Shown: piece by piece, positions 19,798 to 29,262 of the stretch
Position numbering within the stretch: position 1 is the first letter of the stretch
Layout of the letters: each line of letters opens with the position of its first letter
Origin: Candidatus Parvarchaeum acidophilus ARMAN-5
GTDB lineage: Archaea > Nanobdellota > Nanobdellia > Parvarchaeales > Parvarchaeaceae
Assembly (NCBI GenBank): GCA_002412085.1
Contig: GG745546.1
Location: 1,390 to 65,389, forward strand
Direction of reading: 5' to 3'
Length of the DNA: 64,000 bases
Translations under genes and position numbers: made by a program
The notes under the pieces: model-generated
What the model was told of the DNA's origin: nothing
The model's database searches: none
What the model saw: the letters and a program-made list of their open reading frames with translations, nothing else

Positions 19798-20667
19798 TTC
19801 CCTTGCCTCTTTAAGTTCATATCCTGTAAATAAGAAATCTCCTTCGCTTGAAATCAGTATTGATTTTCCATCGTTTTTACTAAAAAGATAATCTCCCGCT
19901 ACTTTACTGCCCTTTATCTTTTCGCTTGCGCGTTTTAAATCGATGTGTGTGTTAGATGAGAATTTTATACCGGCGGCGCATACTTGTATCAGCGCACTAT
20001 CGTCTATTTTAAATGAATGCTTGGAACACTCTTCGCATTGCGGATCCTTATTTATGTTAACTGACATTTCTTTTCCTTTTGAAATGTTTAGTATGCGTAC
20101 ACTTCCTCCGTAAATTTTATCTTTTATGAAACTAAGAATATTGTCTTTTATAAAAGAAATCGTTTTATCGGAAAGCGGAGAGATTATAGAATCGCATCCT
20201 TCTTTTACTTTTCCGTTAGAATTTCTATATATACAGTTAAAGCAGGCATTGCCGTCATTATAAAAATATAAGAAAACCTCTTTTTCATTTATTGAAGCGA
20301 AAACGGCAGGTATCCCTTTATTTACTGCTGCTTTGTTTATAACAAGCCTGCTTTTTAGGTTGTCGGTAAAATCTATGACATAATCATATTCTTTTAATAT
20401 GTCTTCGTCTCTCTCCATGAAGTACCGGTTATAAAAGACATACTCCGAAGTCTTGTCTTTCTCACCCATCTTATTTGCAGCAAATTCTGCTTTTGATAAA
20501 GGAATTTCGAAATTGCACCCTTCATAAAAAGGCTGAGTTTTTAGATTATCTTTGGTTATTATATCTCCATCGAAAATCCCTACCTTTGAAAATTCGCCGG
20601 ATATTGAATCGAGAAAGGATGAACCCAATGCCCCTGCACCAACTATCAATATTCTCTTCTCTTTCAT
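19774..20667 (-). CDS. ThiF/MoeB-family E1-like adenylyltransferase (divergent)
   Basis: ILIVGAGALG, DGD..NL..Q, DFTDN..SR, CFNC and CEEC Zn motifs. Confidence 0.85.
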   Translation of the reverse strand: MKEKRILIVGAGALGSSFLDSISGEFSKVGIFDGDIITKDNLKTQPFYEGCNFEIPLSKAEFAANKMGEKDKTSEYVFYNRYFMERDEDILKEYDYVIDFTDNLKSRLVINKAAVNKGIPAVFASINEKEVFLYFYNDGNACFNCIYRNSNGKVKEGCDSIISPLSDKTISFIKDNILSFIKDKIYGGSVRILNISKGKEMSVNINKDPQCEECSKHSFKIDDSALIQVCAAGIKFSSNTHIDLKRASEKIKGSKVAGDYLFSKNDGKSILISSEGDFLFTGYELKEARELLSFLKQ

Positions 20668-20761
20668 TTCCTAAGGTTATAGACAAATCTATTTAAATAC
20701 ACACTATGTCTAAATCAGATAAATAAATATATTTATACTATACGCAAACCTATTATTCAAT

Positions 20762-21301
20762 ATGTACGAAATAATAACCTTGAGAGATAAAATAAGAGTC
20801 GACCCAAGTAAACTTGGAGAAAACCGGGATGAAGCCGTAAAAGAAATAATAAAGCATGATTATGTCGGCAGAATAATAGATGAAAAGGCCCTTATTATCG
20901 GTGTAATCGGAATAGATAGCATAGATGAAGGGATAATAATTCCAAACGACGCTTCGATATATTACAATACAGTATTTAGAGCTATTGCATATACTCCAGT
21001 ATTACATGAAACCGTAAGAGGACAGGTAACTGACATAAGCGAGATTGGAGCTGTCGTTAATATAGGCCCTATAGATGGACTTGTACACATATCACAAACT
21101 ATGGATGATTTCGTAGACTTTTCAAAGAATACCCTTACCGGAAGAAGAACTAAAGCAAGTATAAAGGCAGGCGATACTGTACTAGCTAGCATAATAGCGG
21201 TAAGCACAAAAGGGATAATGAAAGTAGGGCTTACAATGCGTTCCATAGGGTTAGGAAAACCAGGTTCAAAGAAGAAAGAGAAGGAGGCCAGCAATAAGTG
21301 A
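20762..21301 (+). CDS. rpoE1: RNA polymerase subunit Rpo7 (E')
   Basis: IRVDP, GPIDGLVHISQ, KVGLTMR..GLGK. Confidence 0.95.
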   Translation: MYEIITLRDKIRVDPSKLGENRDEAVKEIIKHDYVGRIIDEKALIIGVIGIDSIDEGIIIPNDASIYYNTVFRAIAYTPVLHETVRGQVTDISEIGAVVNIGPIDGLVHISQTMDDFVDFSKNTLTGRRTKASIKAGDTVLASIIAVSTKGIMKVGLTMRSIGLGKPGSKKKEKEASNK

Positions 21302-21302
21302 T

Positions 21303-21488
21303 ATGGCAGTAAAAGCATGCAAAGTATGTAATTACTTGTCTGATGAAAAAAAATGCCCTGCATGTGGAAGCGATGATTTATCGCTAAGATGGAAAGGAGT
21401 TATAATAATAGCTGACAGCGAAAAATCAGCAATAGCAAAAGAAATCAATATAGGTAAAAATGGCAGATATGCCATAACTGTGGAATAA
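21303..21488 (+). CDS. spt4: Transcription elongation factor Spt4 (RpoE'')
   Basis: KACKVC..CPACGS..WKG..GRYA; follows rpoE1. Confidence 0.95.
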   Translation: MAVKACKVCNYLSDEKKCPACGSDDLSLRWKGVIIIADSEKSAIAKEINIGKNGRYAITVE

Positions 21489-21791
21489 ATGGAACTAAAA
21501 ATAGAATCAAATAAGAATGATATGTATTTTGACAGAGACATAATTGAGTTCAGAATAAAACTGGAAAGCGGCGAAATGGCGAAAATTGAAGACGTGAAAA
21601 AAGCGCTTGAAGCCCAAGGAGTAAACGGCACTATCCTTATATACACTATAAAGAGTTTATACGGGAAAAATGAAGCCAAAGGGATTGCACATTTATATAA
21701 AGATGAGAAGACCGCAATGAAGGTACTACCTAAATACATACTAAAGAAAAACGGTATTGAAAATGGAAAAGAAGAAACAAAAAAGCAATGA
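21489..21791 (+). CDS. rps24e: 30S ribosomal protein eS24
   Basis: IKSLYG..AKGIAHLY..PKYILKKN; conserved operon position. Confidence 0.85.
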   Translation: MELKIESNKNDMYFDRDIIEFRIKLESGEMAKIEDVKKALEAQGVNGTILIYTIKSLYGKNEAKGIAHLYKDEKTAMKVLPKYILKKNGIENGKEETKKQ

Positions 21792-21945
21792 GATTTGGAA
21801 ACTGTATAAAGTAGAGAAAGGAGTTCTCACAAGAACTAACAGCACCTGCCCTAAGTGTGGAGCTGGTACTTTCCTCGCAAATCACGGTGACAGGTTGACA
21901 TGCGGCCACTGCGGATACTCTGAATTCAAGAAAAAATCCAAGTAG
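21763..21945 (+). CDS. rps27ae: 30S ribosomal protein eS31 (S27ae)
   Basis: CPKCGAGTFLANHGDRLTCGHCGY. Confidence 0.95.
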   Translation: MEKKKQKSNEIWKLYKVEKGVLTRTNSTCPKCGAGTFLANHGDRLTCGHCGYSEFKKKSK

Positions 21946-21961
21946 TTATAAAAAAGTATTT

Positions 21962-22477
21962 TTAACTCTTTCTTAAGAATTGTGATAAAAATAATATACA
22001 AGCCGTAGTATCTATTCCTTTTATCTTTCCGGATTTTACCATATCAACTGCTTTTTCTAGAGGTATCCAAACGATATCATCTATCTGTTCGCCAGGATCC
22101 TTGTGCTTTTTACCTTTAGTTAATTGATCTGCGATAAAAAAATGCATTAACTGTTTACTTCTACCGGTCGATATATAACTTTTAAAAAGGCTCTTGATTT
22201 TTTTAGCTTTATACCCCGTTTCTTCCTCCAGCTCACGCGCTGCAGCCTTTATTGGGCTTTCGCCTTTATCCACATAGCCAGCAGGAAGTTCGTACAAGAC
22301 TTTTCCCATAATGGGTCTGAAATGCTTTTCGAAAAGAAGCTCGTTCTTGTTATTGAGAACAGCAACCATAACAACGTCTTTTATAATTAGCTCATAGAAC
22401 TTGTGATCCTTTCCGTTTACTTTTACGTTTTTCCCAGCTACCTTAAAGAAATTTCCCGACGAAAAAAGCACGTCCAT
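21962..22477 (-). CDS. Nudix hydrolase (ADP-ribose pyrophosphatase-like)
   Basis: ELPAGYVDKGESPIKAAARELEEETG Nudix box; start MDVLF chosen. Confidence 0.9.
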   Translation of the reverse strand: MDVLFSSGNFFKVAGKNVKVNGKDHKFYELIIKDVVMVAVLNNKNELLFEKHFRPIMGKVLYELPAGYVDKGESPIKAAARELEEETGYKAKKIKSLFKSYISTGRSKQLMHFFIADQLTKGKKHKDPGEQIDDIVWIPLEKAVDMVKSGKIKGIDTTACILFLSQFLRKS

Positions 22478-22556
22478 AATTATTATAAGTATAATCATTT
22501 CAATGGATCTCTTGACATTGCAAAAAGATAAATCCAAGCAAGATTAAAACAATATC

Positions 22557-23520
22557 ATGAAAGTTCTAGGCATAGAGAGTACAGCGCACACGTTTGGAGT
22601 CGGTATTGTCGACGATGGCAAGATTATAGCAAATGAACGGGATACTCTTAAGCCATTATCAGGAGGTATAATACCCAGAGAAGCCGCTTCTCATCATTAT
22701 AGATTTGCTCCTACAATACTTAAAAAACGCATTGGATAAAAGTGGATTGAAATTAAAAGATAATGATCTTTTGGCTTTCTCACAGGGCCCTGGCATAATA
22801 CCTGCACTAAAAGTAGGATACCAGCTTTCAACGTTCTTATCAAAAAAATATAAAAAAAAGCTTATAGGAGTAAATCACTGTATAGCGCACTTGGAGATAG
22901 CGAGACTATATACTGGAATGAATGACCCGGTAATGCTCTATGTAAGCGGAGGCAATACTCAAGTAATAACTTATTATAACAAAAGTTACATTGTATTCGG
23001 AGAGACTCAGGATATAGGAGTCGGAAACCTTCTTGATAAAACTGGCCGCAGAATGGGTATACCATTTCCCGCCGGACCCGAAATAGAAAAACTTGCAATG
23101 AAAAGTAAAAAGTATATAGAGCTACCCTACAGCATAAAGGGTATGGACGTAAGTTTTTCTGGGTTAGAAACGTTTGTATCGAAATTAATAGGGAAAGAAA
23201 AAAACGAGGATATAGCCTTTTCACTACAGGAAACTGTTTTCTCTATGTTAATAGAAGCCAGTGAAAGGGCTATGGCTTACTGTACGAAAAACAGTCTTGT
23301 TATAACTGGAGGAGTCGCTGCCAACAAACGTATAAACGAGATGGGAAAGATTATGTGCAGAGACAGAAAAGCTAAATTCTCGCCGATACCTATAGAATTT
23401 GCCGGAGACAATGGAGCTATGATAGCGTATACTGGATATCTTATGAGGAATTACAAGCAAGAAGACCTTGAGATACGGCCAAGATTTAGAACGGATACGG
23501 TGGAGATAAATTACAGGTAA
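22557..23520 (+). CDS. kae1: KEOPS t6A synthase Kae1; +1 frameshift in the A6 run at 22722-22727
   Basis: [46 protein letters not shown], split over two ORFs. Confidence 0.95.
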
Positions 23521-23522
23521 AT

Positions 23523-24216
23523 ATGCCAATGAATGCACCGCAGGAGTATTATGATTTAGAAGAGAAATATAGCAAGGAAAAAGACCTCGTCGGAAAAAGA
23601 AGAAATACTTAAAAGAATGCTGGTAATACTGCCAAAACATAAAGGTACTGACAGAGAATTCGCTTCTTTGAAGAGAAGACTGTCTCTGCTAAGAAAAGAG
23701 GCTAGCAGAAAACCATTGGTTCACAAAACCGCAGCAATAAGGAAAAGATGGCCGCGTGTTTCGCTTGTGGGTTATAACTACGATAACCTGCTAAAAACGT
23801 TCAAACTTGCTAGAGTAGATAACATACTATACGGGATAGTTAAAGTAAATAATATACAATTACAGATGATAGCACTCAATGATCCTGAAAAGAACAAAGA
23901 CCTTTTACTTCAAAGCGAAATAATAATATCAAAAAATAAAATAAAAGGATACGAGAATCAGATTGTAACGGATTCTATAGACTTAAGCAGAATCGTTAAA
24001 GATTTCGGAGTTATAGCAGTGTACACGGAAAATTCGGAAGATGCCGTGCCTATGAAAAGAGGAGAAACGGTAAAAGACCTAATCAAAAAATTGCATCTAA
24101 AAGTTGAAAAAAATTCCTATGCTGTCATATTCGGTAATAGCGCAAAATTTCAAGGCCAGAGGGTCGCACTTTCGCATAAGCTCGGAGACATGGATAGGGT
24201 GTTCATAAAAGTATGA
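23523..24216 (+). CDS. DRG/OBG-GTPase-derived TGS-domain protein lacking a P-loop; +1 frameshift at 23578-23582
   Basis: Rejoined N-terminus MPMNAPQEYYDLEEKYSKEKTSSEKEEILKRMLVILPKHKGT; C-terminal TGS (IAVYT..SAKFQGQRV..H.L.D.D). Confidence 0.8.
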
Positions 24217-24809
24217 AAATAATAGAAATCGGTTCTGAAGCTACGGTATTCGAAAATAAAGGTATCATCATAAAAAGAAGAAACAGAAAAAAATACAGGA
24301 TAAAAGAGATAGATGAGAAACTTAGAATTAGGAGGACACGCAGTGAATTCCGTATAATGGAAAGACTTTATAGCGCAGGTATTAAGGTTCCTCAACCATT
24401 GAAATTGGACGAAAAAAACATGCAGATAAGTATGAAAAAAATAGATGGGAAAAAACTTGCGGAAAACTTTAAAAAAGAAGACGCGCCTATTATTGGAAAA
24501 CTCGTAGCGATGATGCACAATCAGGGGATAATACACGGTGATTTGACCACTTCAAATATGATAAGAAATAAAGATGATATATACTTAATAGATTTCGGAT
24601 TGAGTTACAGCTCAAAAAAAGACGAAGATTTGGCCAGTGACCTGTTTCTTTTCAAAACTGCACTGAAATCAAAGCACAATGAAGTCTCCTACGAAGCTTT
24701 CAAAGCTTTTATATCTTCTTATAAGACCAACATTGGAAAAGAATTTAAAGGAATAGATACTCATCTTAAAGATATAGAAGAGAGGAGAAGATACAATGAA
24801 AGTTATTAA
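24213..24809 (+). CDS. bud32: KEOPS kinase Bud32
   Basis: GSEA, KRR..K.YR..IDEKLR..RTRSE, IIHGDLTTSN, IDFGL, ERRRY. Confidence 0.95.
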   Translation: MKIIEIGSEATVFENKGIIIKRRNRKKYRIKEIDEKLRIRRTRSEFRIMERLYSAGIKVPQPLKLDEKNMQISMKKIDGKKLAENFKKEDAPIIGKLVAMMHNQGIIHGDLTTSNMIRNKDDIYLIDFGLSYSSKKDEDLASDLFLFKTALKSKHNEVSYEAFKAFISSYKTNIGKEFKGIDTHLKDIEERRRYNESY

Positions 24810-25222
24810 GGTAAAAAACAAGTTTGTGCCGCACTGGCTTAATTATAAGCAGGAAGAAGTAGAGCAGCTTATAGTGAACAAGCATGAGAAGGGTTTCACC
24901 AAGTCGCAGATAGGCACGATATTAAGAGACCAGTATGGCATTCCTTCAATAAAAGAGGTTACAAAGAAGAATACGAGTGTAATTCTCAAAGAGAGAGGAG
25001 TAGAAGAAACCCTCCCTGAGGACTTAATCGCCCTTTACAGAAAAGCAGTAAAACTTCATATTCACGTTGACAAACAGAAAAAAGACAAACATTCTATGAG
25101 AAGCAAAGTAGTCCTTGGAGAACAGAATAAAAAAACTAATAAAGTATTATAAGAAAAAGAAGGTTCTACCAAATGACTTTGCATACTCTTTGGAATCGGC
25201 GAGGTTGATAGTTAAAATATGA
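24796..25222 (+). CDS. rps15: 30S ribosomal protein uS15; +1 frameshift near 25113
   Basis: SQIGTILRDQYGIP, LPEDL, KDKHS. Removing one C gives LENRIKKLIKYYKKKKVLP...* ending at 25222. Confidence 0.92.
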
Positions 25223-25755
25223 ATCAGCCTAATTTATGGTATAAGGTAAAAGCGATCGACTTTGACAATGCCGATATAGGTTCCATATATGGAAACGAAA
25301 CAAACGCCATAAACAGAAAGATACTTGTAAACGCAGGAAATATCCCGGACATAAAGACAAAACAGGGATTTAAACTTGGTTTTAGAGTTATATCCTCTGC
25401 GGAAAACACCGCAAATGCACAGCTAGAATCGCTTGTTCTTTCCAAAGATCAAGTGGGCAGAATGGTAAGACACAATTCTTCAAAACTAGACGTTGTTAGA
25501 AAGGCCCAAATAAATGAGAAGAATTATGCTATAAAGGCCGTAATCATAATAAGCAAAGCTGAGAATAGATACAAAAAATTCGTAAGAGAGGAAGCAAATG
25601 AATTTATAGACGGTTTTGCAAAGAATAAAAACCTAAAAGAACTTGTGCTTGAAGTACTTTCAGGTAAGGTACAGAACCAACTTCACAAAAAACTTAGCAA
25701 GATATATCCTACTAGAGCAGTAGAGATAAGGATGATTGAAAAACTCAATAATTGA
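25219..25755 (+). CDS. rps3ae: 30S ribosomal protein eS1 (S3ae), divergent
   Basis: WY near the N-terminus, RMVRH.SSKLD, KIYPTRAVEIR; follows rps15. Confidence 0.85.
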   Translation: MNQPNLWYKVKAIDFDNADIGSIYGNETNAINRKILVNAGNIPDIKTKQGFKLGFRVISSAENTANAQLESLVLSKDQVGRMVRHNSSKLDVVRKAQINEKNYAIKAVIIISKAENRYKKFVREEANEFIDGFAKNKNLKELVLEVLSGKVQNQLHKKLSKIYPTRAVEIRMIEKLNN

Positions 25756-25805
25756 ACTTTAACCGATATCCAAAGATATAAGAATAAATATATTGTATTC
25801 TAATA

Positions 25806-26332
25806 ATGAAAAAAAGCCTTGAGGGACTATTAGAGCCTGAAAGAGATAACAAACACTTTTTATATAGCAAAGTCAACCACTTGCTAAGCGAAAAGCTTGA
25901 TTATCTAAGGCCTTATATAGCTTCTCTGGGAGCTTTGTCACATACGGAGTCGGCAAACTTGGGAGCAACAGATTTTGGCCTTATAAGTGGCACAGAAGTC
26001 AAATAATTCCTTTCGTATATACTAATTTTTTTATAAGCGGAAAGATGTGGTATAACCTAGCACTTTTACAAGAAGGAGCTACTATCAGCGCTTTAGCCGC
26101 TACGGCCAAGGAAAAAATAAAAGCTGCAGTTTATGCGGTCGCATATGAAGCTGGAAGCGCCATAAACGCTTACATGTATTACATAGATTCTTCAAATAAA
26201 TTCATCGCCGGGAACTATGGAACGCTTTGGAATGACGTTTTCTTCTTTTACCAAGTACCAATTTTATTCCTCATGCTTAGAAAATACTTTGGAAAGAACA
26301 AAAAAACATTCGATTTAGATAAACAATATTAA
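25806..26332 (+). CDS. Hypothetical membrane protein, probably one gene split by a frameshift (ORFs 25806-26006 and 26045-26332)
   Basis: The frame of the second ORF is open upstream to about 25900 and overlaps the first ORF. Confidence 0.45.
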
Positions 26333-26486
26333 TTTTAAATAAATGCAAGAAAGGGCATTTTACAGTAAATAAAACGTTTTAAAGGCTTTATGCAAACATT
26401 TTAATAAATAAGAAAAGAATATCCAAATATTAAAATTATTTCGAATAAGTATTAATTTATTAACAATATATCTAAGGTAGATATGT

Positions 26487-26559
26487 GGGCTCGTGGCGCA
26501 ATTGGTAACGCGCTCCCATGGCATGGGAGAGACTTCGGGTTCGAGACCCGACGAGTCCA
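26487..26559 (+). tRNA. tRNA-Ala(GGC)
   Basis: Acceptor stem GGGCTCG/CGAGTCC with G3:U70; anticodon arm CTCCC-ATGGCAT-GGGAG; T-loop TTCGAGA; no encoded CCA. Confidence 0.95.
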
Positions 26560-26576
26560 TAAAAATAAATTACCTT

Positions 26577-28931
26577 CTAAAGCTTTTTCTTCAACTCTTC
26601 TAGTGCTTTTCTAGCAGCTTCTTTGTCTTTATTTCCTATTATTGAACCTTGTGCTTTTTTTATCTCGTCTATCTGCCTCTGGGCCACTTTTCCATTGGGA
26701 TTTTGGTATGCTTTCTCTATAAGCGACTGTAATTCTCTTTCTTCCTGTGTTGAGAAAACTCCTGCAACTCTTTTTGCATTATATATATCTACACCTGCCT
26801 GCCTTGATGCCTCTTCATTTTTATCGCCTATTTGCACAACGTCTCTTCTACCCGTTCCATTGGGATTTGATTTAGAAGAAAACCTTGCAAAAAGACTAGG
26901 TTTATTTGATTTCTTAAGTTCCTTCTCAACTTCACGTCTTATATCTTCGGTTGACTTATCATTAGAAAGATTCTTCGCTGCTTTTGCTAAGTTAGCCTGT
27001 TCTTCAAGCATTTGCTTCTGTCTTAGTTCTTCCTGTCTTTGTTGTTCCTCTCTTTCCCTTCTAAGAGATTCTTGTCTAGCCGCCTCTGCAAGTTGCCTCT
27101 GCTCATTCAACATGGCTTCTCTTCTACGTTGATCTTCTTCTGCGTTCCTTCTTGCAGCTTCTGCCATTTGTGCTTGCTCTCTAAGCATGTCTTGTCTTTC
27201 AGCTTCTTTTCTAGCCGCTTCCGCATTTCTTCTTGCAGCTTCTAGCTGTGCCCTTGATAATACACTATCTTCAGACATTTCCTGCCTCGTCTGACGTATC
27301 TGTTCCTTCCTTAAATTCGCAGAGTCTATATCTCCTGGATTAACCTTATTGTTTGTAAGCTTCTTAATTTCTTTATCTGTCTTTTTTATTAGTTTTTCTC
27401 TTGTAGACTTGGAAAGATTTAGACCCCTATCTTGTAACTCCTGTCTTTTCTGAATTAGATCATTCACGTTTTTATTTCTGATATCCTTTGAAATTATATC
27501 ATCATACATTTTTCTTGCTTGCTTATCGGATATTGCTTCTCCCAAAGCCCCATTTCTTGCGGCGTTTGCCATCTGAAACATATCGTTTTGTTTAGCTGCT
27601 TCTTCCTTAGATTTCTGGAGCTCTTTCTTCATTCTCCTCTTTTCAGCCCAACTTATTGGAACTTTACCCTGCTTCTTTAATCTGTCTTCATATATTTTTC
27701 TGGCCTTTCTATCAGACACTGCATTTGAACTTACAGCGCCTGCAAGATCAAACAAATCTCCTGATTCTTTTGTACCCATGTTTTGTACAAAAGTATCCTT
27801 TTGATCCAATGCTTTCTGTTGCTTCTTTAACTGTTTCTTTTCGGCTCTGGACATTTTATAGTTGTCCTTGGCCTTCTTCTTTAAATCAGTCAAAGCCTGG
27901 TCCTTTGAGAAGAATCCAGTTAATTTCTGTAGATCTCTATTATTTGCGAGATCCTTCTTGGAATATTGTGCGGCAGTTAACTTTGTTCTATCTGCAACGT
28001 TCTCCCAGGCTTCTTTCGCCAGCTTATTTTTTAATTGGGCTACTCTTAACTGCTCATTAGGCGTCAAGTTTTTCTTTGAAGCCAGACTTCTGTATTCATT
28101 TAAAATTCCCTGGTTTGCCTGTTTTCTTTTCTCTATTGCTGGTAATACTTTTGCCCTTATTTTATCCTCTTTTGGAGGTTTGTCGACTTTAGGTAACCGA
28201 GGATGTCCAAAAATCAGATAGAGAGCTACTATTATTACTATAGCTAAAGGTATAAGAACTATAGGACTGAAAAAGAAACTTGCAAATCCGGGTATAATCA
28301 ATGTTATAAGCAGAAAAAGAATAAAAGCAAGCACTACACGCAGTGGAAGACTTTTATGGTTGCGTATGCCTCTAAGAATAAGAACTATTATGACTAAGAT
28401 GCTGACAGCTCCTAAAATTATCGGAAGTATGCTTAATATATTGATGTGAAGAAAGCCATTTACAGCGTTAGTAAGTCCGGTATCGTTAGCAAATAAGATA
28501 TATATAAGGAAAAGAGCCGCTATTAATCCCATTAATCTTACAGACATAGGCGATTTTACCAAAGCCAGAATTCCGAGTATAAGCCCTATGAAAGCCAGAA
28601 CTATAAATGTATTTAAAAAGAAATGCAAAAGAACACTATTTGTATACAATACAAGGAAGCTTATCGCCCCAAGTATGACTGCTATTGCTACGCTTCCACT
28701 GGAAAGCTGTGTCCTGTTAAGTGCTATAGCGAATACTATAGCAAGGAATAAGGCAAAAAAAGCCGCATAAATCACTGAATTTGATGAATTTATAGCTCCC
28801 AATGAAAAACCATTAGAAGATGTAGAGCTACTTACTGTAGGCGGAGGAATTGACTGAGCATGCACCGCTGCAACCAGGAAAACTGGTAATATTATAAAGA
28901 TAACTAATAAACCTAGCTTATTCATATACAA
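26577..28931 (-). CDS. Large membrane protein with signal peptide, about 7 TM helices and a ~540-aa charged coiled-coil tail
   Basis: AVHA/Q signal cleavage, hydrophobic block to about aa 240, K/E/R/Q-rich tail with ML.EQ..(L/M)A.AA repeats. Confidence 0.8.
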   Translation of the reverse strand: MYMNKLGLLVIFIILPVFLVAAVHAQSIPPPTVSSSTSSNGFSLGAINSSNSVIYAAFFALFLAIVFAIALNRTQLSSGSVAIAVILGAISFLVLYTNSVLLHFFLNTFIVLAFIGLILGILALVKSPMSVRLMGLIAALFLIYILFANDTGLTNAVNGFLHINILSILPIILGAVSILVIIVLILRGIRNHKSLPLRVVLAFILFLLITLIIPGFASFFFSPIVLIPLAIVIIVALYLIFGHPRLPKVDKPPKEDKIRAKVLPAIEKRKQANQGILNEYRSLASKKNLTPNEQLRVAQLKNKLAKEAWENVADRTKLTAAQYSKKDLANNRDLQKLTGFFSKDQALTDLKKKAKDNYKMSRAEKKQLKKQQKALDQKDTFVQNMGTKESGDLFDLAGAVSSNAVSDRKARKIYEDRLKKQGKVPISWAEKRRMKKELQKSKEEAAKQNDMFQMANAARNGALGEAISDKQARKMYDDIISKDIRNKNVNDLIQKRQELQDRGLNLSKSTREKLIKKTDKEIKKLTNNKVNPGDIDSANLRKEQIRQTRQEMSEDSVLSRAQLEAARRNAEAARKEAERQDMLREQAQMAEAARRNAEEDQRRREAMLNEQRQLAEAARQESLRREREEQQRQEELRQKQMLEEQANLAKAAKNLSNDKSTEDIRREVEKELKKSNKPSLFARFSSKSNPNGTGRRDVVQIGDKNEEASRQAGVDIYNAKRVAGVFSTQEERELQSLIEKAYQNPNGKVAQRQIDEIKKAQGSIIGNKDKEAARKALEELKKKL

Positions 28932-29018
28932 TTAGTAGATTGATAAACATATAAATTTAGTTTTTTTACATTATACCTAAAAAAGAATGTTTAAAAATTA
29001 GGAATTGCTATTATATAA

Positions 29019-29261
29019 ATGGAAGAACAAAATTCAGAACTTAATACAGGAACTAAAAAGCTTAAGAAAAAGACTGTTGAAGAAGCGCCATCGGAAGAAG
29101 AAACTCTTGCACAATTAGACTTTGAGAAAGGAATGGAATGCCCTAAGTGCAAAGAAAAGAAGATAGTGTCTTGGATGGAACAGACTAGAGCTTCGGATGA
29201 GCCTCCAACCAGATTTTATAAATGCGTTAATTGCGGTTACACCTGGAGAGAATACAGTTGA
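29019..29261 (+). CDS. tfs: Transcription factor S (TFS), C-terminal Zn ribbon only
   Basis: CPKC..QTRASDEPPTRFYKCVNCGYTWREY. Confidence 0.88.
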   Translation: MEEQNSELNTGTKKLKKKTVEEAPSEEETLAQLDFEKGMECPKCKEKKIVSWMEQTRASDEPPTRFYKCVNCGYTWREYS

Positions 29262-29262
29262 G

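Noticed and set aside
26360-26560. 66-aa ORF MDSSGLEPEV...
   Set aside because: Antisense translation of tRNA-Ala
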